The notes under the pieces: model-generated | Databases searched by the model: none | Told to the model about the DNA's origin: nothing | The model's input: the letters and a program-made list of their open reading frames with translations, nothing else | Shown here: in pieces, positions 12,399 through 24,064 of the stretch | Position numbering within the stretch: the stretch's first letter is position 1 | Layout: each line of letters begins with the position of its first letter | Made by a program: the position numbers and the translations under genes | Source of the DNA: Lama guanicoe | Lineage: Eukaryota | Assembly (NCBI GenBank): GCA_013239625.1 | Contig: MU056050.1 | Location: forward strand, 7,145,838 to 7,209,837 | Length of the DNA stretch: 64,000 nt | Direction: 5' to 3'

Positions 12399-13930
12399 GA
12401 AAAGGCTACATACTGTATGATCCAATTTATTTAACAGTCTTAAAAGGAAAAAGAAATGAAATGGAGAACAGATTAGTATTTCCCAGGAGTTAAGGATGAG
12501 AGAAGGGGATTGGGAGGGAGTTGGTGTGGTTATGAAAGGGCAATATAAAGAATTCCTGTGGGGATGGAACTGTTCTGTATCTTGACAATATCAATGTCAA
12601 TATTCCAATTATGTTATTGTATAGTTTTGCAAGGTGCTACCAATGGAGCAAAGTGGATAAAGGGTATATGGGATCTCTCTTTTGTTATTTCTTACAACTT
12701 CATGTGAACCTACACTTATCTCAAAATAAAAAGTTGAATTTAAAAAGATACCATTAAATAAGTGAAAATGTAAGGCATAGACCAGAAGAGTTTGGCAAAT
12801 AATATATTTGATAAAGGGTTTATATGAAAAAATTTAAAGAACTCTTACAACTCAATAATAAAAGACAAGTAACTCAAATTTTAAAAATTGGCAAGGTTCT
12901 AAATAGACATTTCTCCAAAGAAGATATATGAATGGTTAAAAAGCACATAAAATATGCTGAACATCATTAGTCATTAGGAGAATGCAAATCAAAACTTCAG
13001 TAAGATGCCACTACAACACCCACTTGATTGGCTATAATAAAAAAAGGCATACACTACTAAGTAGAAAAACTGGAGCTGGTGAGAATGCTAAATAGTACAG
13101 CCACTGACAATTCCTTTAAAATCTAAACACAGTGGGAAGGGTATAGCTTAAGTGGTAGAGCGCATGCTTAGCACACACAAGGTCCCAGATTCAATCCCCA
13201 GTACCTTCTCCAAAGATAATAAAATGAAAAAATCTAACAAAAAAAGGTAAACACAAATTTACTATATGATTCAGCAGTCACATGCCTAGTTATTTACCAG
13301 AGAAATGCAAACACTTGTTCACACAGATATTTATATAAATGCCCATAACAATGTTATTCACAATAGTGAAAAAGTGGAAAGAATCCAAATGCCCATTGAC
13401 CAGAGAATGGAGAAAAAATTATTTCTATAGAATGAAATACTATTAAACAATTAAAGGGAACAAATTACTGATACATGTTGTGCCATGAATGAACCGCAAG
13501 ATTTTTATGCTAAGTGAAAGAAGATAGACACACAAAAAAATACATGCCAGCATTGATGAATCTCACTAATATATTGGTTGAGAAAAATAGATTAAGTAAC
13601 CAAGGACTATATGATTCCATTTCTGTGAACTTTAAAGATAGGCAAAACTAAACTGTATTGTTTAAAGCTGCCTTCATAAGTAGTGAAGCTATAAAGAAGA
13701 GCAAGGCCTTTATTCTTCCAAATTTGGATAGTGATTATGTTTAGGCAGTAAGGAATAATACGATCAGGGGCAGAATAGGATGAGGGTACTTCTAAAGTAC
13801 TGCTAATACTTATTAGGGTGGTAGTTAATAAGTATTCCTTTTGTAATTATTCTGCAAATTGTACATAAGTTTTATATACTCTTCTCCATGTATGATATAC
13901 ATGACAATTAAAGGTTTAAAAATAATTGGA
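12399..13930 (+). mobile_element. Old L1MC/L1ME-type 3' fragments
   Basis: Degenerate L1 ORF2 end and 3' UTR motifs (aaaaggctacatactgtatga; aatagacatttctccaaagaagat). Confidence 0.7.
13134..13245 (+). mobile_element. tRNA-Ala-derived SINE (Vic-1-like)
   Basis: gggaagggtatagcttaagtggtagagcgcatgcttagc...gattcaatccccagtacc with Pol III A/B boxes and an A-rich tail. TSD is approximately TAAACACA. Confidence 0.85.
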
Positions 13931-14359
13931 AAAATTAGTTAAAGGAACTTGGTGATAATTGCTGTGGAGTATTAGGAAAAGAGAAGACTCCAAGATGATT
14001 TTTAGGCTCTTGGAGTAAGATTGTAGCAGTGGAGATGAAGAGAGATGGATGGATTTTAATGATATTTAGTAGGTAACAATGGCAGAGTGTGGTGATGGGT
14101 TTGATATAGAGAGTTACTCTATAGGGAGGAATCAAAGATAATATCTAGGTTTCTGATTTGGAGAATAGGTTGGTGGAAGTGTCATTCAGTGAAATGGAGA
14201 ATGGTATTGGTGGACAATATTCAATGGGAAAGGCCGTAAGTAAAGGGTTGGACAGTTGAAGATGCCTGTGAGGCATCCAAGTGTCGATGTAAAGTAAGGC
14301 TTTTGGCTACACAAGCCCGGAGCTCAGTGGAGAGGTCAGAATTACTTTTTACCAACATT

Positions 14360-14600
14360 TGAAATATAGCTAGCATTTACTGAATGCCTACCATATACCA
14401 GGCATTTTATACATAGTATCTCTTCTAGTCTTTTTTTTTTTTTGACAACTCTGTGAGGTCAGTACTATTGTTATCTGTATTTTATCAAGGAGGCTTAGAG
14501 AGGTAAAGTAACTTCTCTGAAGCTACACAGCAAGGGGACAGTAGAGCTGGGATTAGACTCCAAGAATCTGACCCCCTGAGCCCACGGCTTCTGAAACCCT
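14360..14600 (-). mobile_element. MIR SINE
   Basis: gaggcttagagaggtaaagtaacttctctgaagctacacag core. Confidence 0.7.
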
Positions 14601-14929
14601 GGGCCAAAGAAGTTCAGTCACAGAATGCTGATTAGAGCCTACACGGCTGATGACAAACAGCTGAAGTGGCACCCAGTGCATTGGTCTGCTTTGAGAGGGA
14701 AGTATTCCTTATGGGTACTTTCAGAACTTTGATACTAGTCAATCTCATTAAGTTTCTAATCTCTGCTCTTCTGTGGCATCTCTCCAAATGTTTACCTCTC
14801 TGGTCATCCTGTCTAAATTCTCATCTGTGGTCATTCTCAAACCACCTTGTACTTTCTGCACACTAACCCCATTCTGGGCTCATTCATCTACTTCCCTCTC
14901 TACTAACATGTCCCACAGTACCTTCTGGA

Positions 14930-17900
14930 GCCCTCAAACTGAGCCTGGGCTCTCTCCCAAGGTAGGGGCTCTCTATGACTCTCTGAGTACTTGCTGCTCT
15001 TTCTATCCTTTCTTACATCTGTCATTTTCCAATCCCCTGAATACTTCCTTTTATTTGGTGAAGCATTTTTCATCCAGATCACTATCTGTATCTCAACACA
15101 AGTGCCATCATTTTGGATGATTCATCCAAGCTGGTCTTTCCTTTCTCTACTCTTCTTTGACCTCAACTCCACTCTATGTCAGCCATTAATTCCCAAGAGT
15201 ACACTTGGAACATGTCATGTTCCATCTTTGATATCTAACTCTCTGACATCCCTCTGTCCACAAGTTTTGACTCCTCTCATCCTCTCATTATCATATCCAA
15301 GCCATATCCACTCCTTGGTCTAGTTGAAACAACTTCATTTTCTCATAATTATTATCTCCCTTCTAAATTCACTTTTCCCCCTCTGTAGCACAGACCTCAT
15401 GGCTTATCACATAATCCCTTGAGGTTTGCTTTTATTCTTCCATCTACTTTTTCACCATGTGAAATCCAAATTCCAAATCAATCCAAACCTCCAACTCCTT
15501 TGTTGTTCTCCCCAGGCTGCTGAACTCTGCTGGAGAAAAAAAATCACATAATTTTAAAATATTACGATCATTGCAAACTTATGGTTTCTAACCTTAGTGG
15601 GGCCCTTAGTACTCAGTGCCAGTGCTGCCCAGCTATCCTATTCTTTGTCCTTAGTCAGCGTCCTCTCCCTTTCTTCACAGGGGCTATTTTCAAACCTTTT
15701 CTATTCTTCTCAAACCCTTTACCCTATCACCTCACTCCTCAGAAGATAATCTCATAAAATAACCTTGAATACTACTACAAATAGTAAATAGAAGCCACCA
15801 AAGAGGAACTCCCTCAATTACTTGTTAATAAACCTACCAATCTATTTACATCTATACAAACTTGCTTCCCTCCTTATTATTAGAGAAGAGTTGTCTGTTA
15901 ATGCCAGTCCCTCCAACTTTTTGCTTTGGATATCATCAGAGCCATATATTATTGCTTCTAACTCCTGTGCGTTAAATCACGCCCTATCCATTGAATGTTT
16001 ATTTAGCACATTCAGAGACATCTCATCTTAAAAAATAAACAACCAAAACCAAAAATGAAACAAAACTGTCTTAATTCTGGATATCTCTAAATCTTTACTA
16101 CCCCCATAGATATTCTTTACTTTTCATCCAAACTTCTCCAGAGAATTGCCTACATTCACCATATTCATTTTCCTACTTCCCACTTCCTAATCCATAATTA
16201 CCAGACTTCTTCCTTGAACCCTACTCCTCATTACTCCTTTGAGTTAAGGTCAAGGGCTCTAATAAGTTTCTTTTTGCCAAACTCAATAGAATCTGCATTG
16301 CCACCTGACTCAATCTATTTTGGCAATTGTTAAGGACCATTTCTTTCTTCTTTTAATTGACATGTAACTGCCATATAAACACTTAAACTGTTTAAGTTTA
16401 ACGTGTACAACTTGTTGATTTGATATACTTATATGTTGCAAAATGAGTACCACCACAGCTTTAGTTAGCACCTACATCATGTTGCATAATCATTTTTTAA
16501 TGGTGAGAATATTTAAGATCTACTCTCTTCACACTTTTCAAGTATATAATACAATATCATTAACTATAATCACTATGCTGTGCATAACATCACCAGAACT
16601 TATTCATCTTACAACTTGATGTTTGTACTCTTTGATCAACATCTTATTTTCCCCACCATCCAGCCCCTGGTAGCCACCATTCTACTCCCTGTTTCTATGA
16701 GTTGGGCATTTTTAGATTCCACATGTAAATGAAATCATACAGTATTTGTCTTTCTCTGTCTGACTTATTTCACTTAGCATAATACCCTCAAGGTCCATCC
16801 ATGTTGTCACAAATGGCAGGATGTCTTCTTTTCCTCATGGCTGAATGATATTCTGTTATCCAGATCTAGATCGCTCTATCTCTATTTATATCTATCTATC
16901 ATCTGTCACATTTTATTTATGTATGTATTTTATTTATATCTATCTATCATCTGTCACATTTTATTTATTTATTTATTATAATATAAATGATTGCCTTAAG
17001 TTGTTTCCATATCTTAGCTTCTGTGAATGAGACTATTCTTTTCTTGAAATTATCTTTATATTTTATTTCCGTGGTGGCACTCTTTCTTGGTTCTCCTCCT
17101 ACTTTTCTGATTGTTTGTCAGTATACTGTGCAAGCTCTTTTTTTAGTCCATCCCTTAGAAGTAGTTCTTCCCTAGGATTTCACTTATTTTTTATACCCCC
17201 AACTCTATCTAAGTTCATTCAAACACTTGGCTTCAACTATTATCTGGTGGCTGAATATGCCCAGATCCATATCTCTAGCCCTAACCTTTCCCCAGAGCTC
17301 TAGACATGCATGTCCAAATAAGTTTTAGACATCTCTCCCCAAATACATGTCTAAAACCGAACTCATCAAATCAATCACTATGCCAATATTTTCCTTCTAT
17401 TTTCCCTTCTGCATGGATAGCATTTTATTGCATCAAGTTGCCCAGGCCAGAAATCTAAGTCTCATTCTATTGTTTTGTCTCTACTACCAACATCTAATGT
17501 TTAACCAAATTCACTAGATTCTGCCTGCTTTTCAACTCTCATATCTGTCTGATCTTTCCATCCCTACTGTTACTGCCTTAGTTCAGTTCTTGTTTTCATG
17601 CACCTGGACTAGTGCAATAGTCTCCTAACTGGTCTTCCTGCTTTCATCCTTGCCTCCCTCAAATCCATCATATCCATAACAGATAATCTGATCATGTTCC
17701 TATTCTGATCACAGCCCTTCAGGATAAAGTCTAAACAATTTAGCATGACACAAAAGACCATCCATGATCTGGAGGCCTGTTTAACTTATTAACTTCATTT
17801 CTTGTCATCTACCTCCTTCTCCAAAATCCTATACTCCAGCTATATCAACTTACTGGCAGCTCCTTGAACACAGTATGCTCTCTCAATCCTCCATACCTTT

Positions 17901-18100
17901 GTGCATGCACTCTTTCTGCCTGAACTCTCTGACTTCTGCTCTTAGAGAGTCCATTTAGGTGCCCTCTCCTCTTTGTTGCTTTCCTAGTTCCCCCAACTAG
18001 TCACAGTCAATCCTTCCTTTTCACTCCCATTGCATTTTATATGAACCTCCATTAAAGCAATTAGCATGTTTGTCCCAATTGTTTTTTCACATCACATGTC
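14930..18100 (+). mobile_element. Ancient L2 LINE body, interrupted by the L1 at ~16350-17020
   Basis: Pyrimidine-rich L2-like sequence (tcatgcacctggactagtgcaatagtctcctaactggtcttcctgc). Confidence 0.65.
16350..17020 (-). mobile_element. L1MA-type 3' end fragment
   Basis: tttagattccacatgtaaatgaaatcatacagtatttgtctttctctgtctgacttatttcacttagcataat is a reverse L1 3' UTR/ORF2 end. Confidence 0.82.
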
Positions 18101-18374
18101 AACTAACGTGTGACTCTCAGGCTACATCATGCCCTCAGGAGTTTTGTTTGGCTTGCACAGGGGAAATTATTATGTGAATGACATAAGGACTAAGCTTATG
18201 TTTCCTCCTGGTATAGTCAGTTGAAGCTGAGTAATAGCTGTCTCCTTAAACTGTATTTGCACTTTCCAACTCATTTTAGTTCGGCCTTTCATTTGAACTC
18301 ATTTACTTCACAAATCTGGATCTTCTGAGCACTTGAGTTTGTTGTTTATAGGTCCTAGTTTATAGATCCATCTT

Positions 18375-18993
18375 TTTTTAAAATTGAGTTATAGTCAGTT
18401 TACAATGTTGTGTCAATTTCTGGTGTACAGCATAATGCTTCAGTCATACATGAATATACATATATTCATTTTCATATTATTTTTCACTATGAGCTACTAC
18501 AAGATCTTGTGTATATTTCCCTGTGCTGTATGTATAAACTTGTTTATCTATTCTATATATACCTGTCAGTAGCTACAAATCTCGAACTCCCAGTCTGTCC
18601 CTTTCTACCCTGCGCCCCCACACCGGCAACCACAAGTTTGTATTCTATGTCTATGATTCTGTTTCTGTTTCATATTTAAGTTCATATGTCTTCTTTTTTT
18701 TTAGATTCCACCTTTGAGTGATATCATATGGTATTTTTATTTCTCTTTCTGGCTTACTTCACTTAGAATGGCATTCTCCAGGGACATCCATGTTGCTGAT
18801 GTTGTCGTTTTTATGGCTGAATAGTATTCTATTGTATAAATATACCACAACTGCTTTATCCACTCATCTGTTGATGGACATTTAGGTTGTTTCCATATCT
18901 TGGCTATTGTAAATATTGCCACTATGAACATTGGGGTGCAGGTGTCTTTTTGAATTAGGGTTCCTTCTGGATATATGCCCAGGAGTGGGATTG
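18375..18993 (-). mobile_element. Young 5'-truncated L1, same family as 3035-4142
   Basis: ORF 18737..19048 contains the L1 ORF2 C-terminus. 14-bp TSD TATAG(A/G)TCCATCTT at 18361-18374 and 18994-19007. Confidence 0.92.
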
Positions 18994-19149
18994 TATAGGT
19001 CCATCTTAAGCCTGTTGTTTTGGGATCGGCACCTGCCATAATCCACATAAAGGCAGGTATATGACTAACTTGTTTTCTATTGTGTCCTGGTTCTCAGAGT
19101 AGACAGTAAATATTTGTCAGATGAATTAACATTCTTTCTATCTGAAATA

Positions 19150-19565
19150 CTGTAGTAGATTGGATTTTAGGTCCCAATTTTCTACTCTTCCTTGTGTTTT
19201 TCTTTTTGCCATAAGAATGTGCAGTTCTTCCCTACTTTTGACCTTGGCCTTGGCCATGTGATTTTCTTTGACTAGTAGGATGTTAGTAGATGTGATGTAA
19301 GCAAAGGCTTATGTAGATGGGCTTGCTCTTGATGTGCTTCTGTCATCACATGAGAAGAACTTGCTTTGGGTAGCTTTCAGGTCCAAGGAGGATTAGTGAA
19401 ATGTGGAAAAGACCCAGATCCATATCCACTATTTGGAGTCATGCACAGCTGAAGTCAGTCGATCCCTAGCTGACATTCAGATATGTGAGTGAGACCAAAA
19501 TGTTTATTGTTTTAAAGCCATAAGTTATAGGGTGGTTTATTATGCAATAATAGCTAACTGATACA
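19150..19565 (+). mobile_element. Old MaLR LTR (MLT1I/J-like)
   Basis: ttggccatgtgattttctttgac...tgttttaaagccataagttatagggtggtttattatgcaataatagctaactgataca. Confidence 0.7.
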
Positions 19566-19679
19566 CATGTCTTCTCTTCTCTTGCTCTCAAAATACTGCC
19601 CATCTTCTCTTCATCTCAAGAACTGCTTTCCTGATATGCAGTGATTTCATCATCCTCCAAATTCTTACAGCATTTCTTC

Positions 19680-20570
19680 TTTTAAACAGCTTTATTAAGA
19701 TATAATTTATATACCATACAGTCCATCCATTTAAAGTGTACAATTCAATACATTTTAGTTTATTCAGAGAGTTGTGCAGCCATCAACCCCAATTGATTTT
19801 GGAACATTTTCATCATGTTTCCCCAAAACTCAAACATCTTAGCCATCACTCCTCAACCATCACTACCACCACCACTACCACCATCATCCCCTGGTGATAG
19901 GCAACCACAAATATGTCTGTAGATTTGCCTGTTCTACACATCCCATATGCATCAAATTATATGAATAGACATATGAATGGAATTTGAACTTTTGCATCTG
20001 GCTTCTTTCACAAGCTCCATCCATATTTTACCATATGTGAGCACTTCATTTCTTTTTATTGCTAAATAATACTCCATTATATGTAGATGATAGGTTTTGT
20101 TTTTCCATTCATCAGTTTATGGACATTTGGGTTGTTTTCACTTTTTGTTGTTATGAATAACGCTGACAAGAACATTTGTGAATACATTTTTGTGTAAATA
20201 TATGTTTTCAATTCTCTTGGGTATATACCTAGGAGTGGAATTGCTGAGTACTATGGTAACTCTGTTTCAATCTTTGAGGAACTGCAAGACTGTTTTCCAA
20301 AGTGCCTGCACTATTTTATGTTCCCATGAGCAGTGCATGTGGGCTCATCAACACTTATTATTATCAGTCTTTTTGATTCTAGTCATCCTATTTTATGTGG
20401 TGTCTCATTGTAGTTCTGATTTGCATTTTCCTTATGACTAATGATGTTGAAAAGATTTTCCTGGGTTTATTGCCCATTTGTGTATCTTCTTTGGAGAAAT
20501 GTCTGTTCAAATCCTTTGCACATTTTAAAATTGCATTATTTGTCTTTTTTGTTGTTGCTGTTATTGAGTA
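19680..20570 (-). mobile_element. L1MB-type 3' end fragment
   Basis: cagctttattaagatataatttatataccatac...ggacatttgggttgtttt...ttctttggagaaatgtctgttcaaatcc. Confidence 0.82.
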
Positions 20571-20739
20571 GCAATTTCTTCTTTTCCACTCATGTGATAC
20601 TTAACGTTTACTGCCTGGTATTGGTAGTGTTTTTTTCAAGTGTGGATAACTTATTTTCCCAAAGAGATAGGGAACTCTCTGAGGGAAGGGGTTATGTCTC
20701 ATATCTATTATTTCTCCTCCATGACTAGTGGTTTTAAAA

Positions 20740-20990
20740 TGACTACTACTTAGCACTACTATTTATTGAACCCTTGATATGTCCTAGGTGTAGTGCCAAG
20801 CACTGTATGTGAATTATCTCCTCAATACAATTCTATGAGATTGTTATGACCTCCATTCTACAGATGAAGGGATTGAGTCAGAGAGAGGGTGAATCATCTG
20901 TTAAAGGTCATACAGTCAGTGGCAGAGATGGGACTGCAAACCAGGTAAGTCTAATTCCTAAACATGTTCTTTTAACCGCTAAAGCCACTG
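20740..20990 (-). mobile_element. MIR SINE
   Basis: ctccattctacagatgaagggattgagtcagagagagggtgaatcatctgttaaaggtcatacag. Confidence 0.72.
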
Positions 20991-22479
20991 CTTCATTATG
21001 CACTCTAAACTAGTATGGTGTGTGTATCCTATGTATATAGTAGGCTTACAATAAATATTTCTGATTCATTAGCCTGTAAAATATGAATAATAAGTTCTGC
21101 CTTTATCTGATAAAGTAAGCCCTGTGGAAGTGCTAGGAAAATCCCCAATGTGTGATATTTTTGTAATATTTGCTTAAGGATTGTGCAAATGAGTCAATAT
21201 GTATGGTGGTAATGCTGACATCCTCAAGTTAACAGTCTCATAATGCTATTTCCAAATATCATGCTGGAAAGGTTTCAATCTTTCTTAAGGAGTATACTTT
21301 TCTTGGGACACTAAATCTAGAGTCAAAGAATTCTATAGAAGTTACCCTTAATGTAGATCCTCAAGCCACCTAGATGAAAAGAGCCAAAGATTCTTCTACA
21401 ACAAATTATTGGTGACTTTTTTTCCCCACTGAAAGCTTCTATCAACAATATTCCTCTCATCTCAATTTCTCTACCTTTCTGCAGATGCAGCTCAGCCTAC
21501 CTGACATCTAACCATGGTAATAGCCTTTCAGTTGCTATGGGGCTCTTTGGAATAAGTCAAGCTGTTAGAAGCTTTGTTTGGGCAAGGTGTATTGCTGACA
21601 TCTAAAGGAACTATTCCCTGAGGCTGGGCATTCGTCCCAACAGGAAAAGAAGAGCTGCCAATCCTGGAGGCAGTGCACAATGACATGTTTTCAAAGCTTG
21701 CTGAATTTCGAATAGAAAATCTGACCATGAATACAAAGAAAGGTGATTTAATATTCTAACTACTTCTCCCCCTCCCCTAATGCCATCTGCAACAGAGACA
21801 CAGTAGACTTCCTCCTTTTTATTAAAATGAAGACTATTGTCTCACTATGAATCTTCATGTTTGGTCCCAGAATGTTGTGTGTTCCCCATCCAAGGCAAGT
21901 GCAGGGGAAGAATGGAAGCAAGGTATAGAACACTTAGCAAGCACGTTTATATTCAGAAAAGTGTACAGAGACATAAGAGAGCTGTAAGTGAACCTGCTAG
22001 GGGTAGATAAGAGCTACACATTACCAGAACCACATGTGACCTGCTTGTGATATAAACCATGTGCTTTATGCCATAATTCTTGTTTAACAGGACAATAAAG
22101 AAGGGGTGGGGATGAGAGGTGGACAAAAAGTGCTTCTCAGTGAGATTGTATTTTGGTCACGTCTCTTGCCCTTTTCTTTTTTCTTCATAAATCTGGCATG
22201 ACTGGTTTGGTTGATTGGAAGTTTTGTGCATTGTTTGGCTTATGTATGCACAGTGTCTAGGCTGTCTCATTATGTTAGCACAAATCACTGCATGTGAAGT
22301 TCTATCACCTGAAAAGGGACCGAGGGAAGGGAATATGTCACAGGCAAAGGAAAATGAAACCTTCTCTCCACCTAATAAAATAGTATAAACTTTGGTGAAA
22401 AGTATCTTAACATTGCAGTAAAATATTTTAAAAGATTTTTCTTGTGTATACTTCAATAAATAATTTAAAAATTGAAAAA

Positions 22480-23080
22480 AGGAGTATAGCCTCTGGAGTC
22501 AGATAATCTTAAATTCATGTTTCAGCTCTGCCACTTACTACCTGTGTGATCTTGGGCAAATTATTTAACCTCTCTGATCATTGGTTTCTTCATCTTATGT
22601 ACAATGTTGGTCTGACTCTTAAACCTATACTCTTAACTACTAACCATATTGCTTCATTATGCACTATGTAATAGGGTATTGGATTTTGTAGTTAGCATTA
22701 AATAAGATACTATATGAAAAACACTTAGCACAGTGTTTGACACACACTAAGTATGAAAAAAAAGATTTTGTTATTGTTTCTATGGATACCAATACCTGGA
22801 GAGAATATGCGGACTGTATTGAGTAAGTGTAGGAGAGTATATTTTCAAGGAGGTAATTTGGTGAATGGAGAAGGAGCACTATAGTCTAGAGGTAAATACA
22901 ATTAATTTTGATACCTTTGTCTATTACTAGCTGTGTGACCTCAGTTTCCTCATCAGTAAAATGGAGCTAATGATAATGCCAACTTCACAGCGTTGTCACA
23001 AGGACTAAATGCCATATAGAATATATAAAAGACTGAGTATTGTGCTTAACACAGGGAAAATCTTTAATAAATACTAGCTG
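22480..23080 (+). mobile_element. MIR fragments
   Basis: ctctggagtcaga...gctctgccacttactacctgtgtgatcttgggcaaattatttaacctctctg, and ctcagtttcctcatcagtaaaatgg. Confidence 0.72.
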
Positions 23081-24064
23081 ATTTTTTAAAAAAAATTATT
23101 TTTCCCTTTGAAATTTGACATCCCAAGTAGAAGCACAACAGTTAGCTAGATGCCAGGATACTGAATTGTAGAATTCAGCACATTCACTGTTCTGTTAGGG
23201 CTCTGCAGAACTCCATGAGCCTGGAGAGGAAGGGGCCTGTGAGATTCATCTGCCCCAAGCTCATCAGTGTCCATATTCAGTGTGTTTTGTAGGACATCAA
23301 AATAACTTTTGATGATTGTAGGACCTATAACCCATGCAGGCCATTTTAGATAGTATTTGGCAGGTCTGAGCTTATTTACAACCACTGTTTATTCATAAAT
23401 CCAGCCATTTGGAAAGCCTCTCGAATCACAGGAAACCAAACTCAAAGTATTTGTAAAAGGGGCAGAGTGTTTTCTTGATTTATCAGGACAGCCCTTTTGC
23501 TAAGAGTTCTAAATATGTTGGTGAATAGGATGAAAGCCACGGGTTCTCCTCCCAAAAGAATGCACATGAGCTCTAATCCCCCACCTCACAAAGAATTTAG
23601 TACACAAAAGTACAGTTTTGGGAAGTGCAAAATCTCCCTGGAGCCTGTGTGTAGGGGTTCATGGACCTCAGGATAGGAATCCTTGGATTAGTGAAACAGA
23701 ACTTTTTTTCTTAAAGGCAATATTTATTGTTTCCATCCTTGACTACAGAAGCAATATATTTATTGTAGAAAATTTACAAAGCATATAGAAAAGTCACCTA
23801 TAATCTCACCATGCAGAGCAATGTTTGTTATTAATATTTACACTGGTACTTTTAAATTAATATGAACATATATAAGGACACTCTGATGATATGTTTAAAT
23901 ATATAAAATGTATATCTTTTTAAAAAATTAAAAAAATGTCTATAGATCAGAAAGCAGGCTTATGTGGAACCAAATTACCAAAATGCAGATATTTATTCAT
24001 CCATTTATTAATTCATTTTTTCTTGGATACATGTATTTATATACATACTTGTGGATGTGTATTT

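Noticed and set aside
13134..13210. tRNA-Ala-like sequences (also 9385-9470 and 33287-33362) as tRNA genes
   Set aside because: Mismatched stems, A-rich tails and TSDs identify them as SINE copies.
16880..16975. ~36-bp direct repeat (tttatatctatctatcatctgtcacattttatttat x2); similar short duplications at 8209-8262 and 46929-46952
   Set aside because: These are two-copy slippage duplications in low-complexity or L1 sequence, with no repeat-spacer periodicity, so they are not CRISPR-like.
18110..18350. Possible old DNA-transposon remnant
   Set aside because: I could not identify TIRs, a TSD or a family with confidence.
21485..21516. Plus-strand 32-bp exon-like unit (ctttctgcag|...CATG|gtaata)
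   Set aside because: It is isolated, has no partner exon or coding signal, and such sites occur often by chance.
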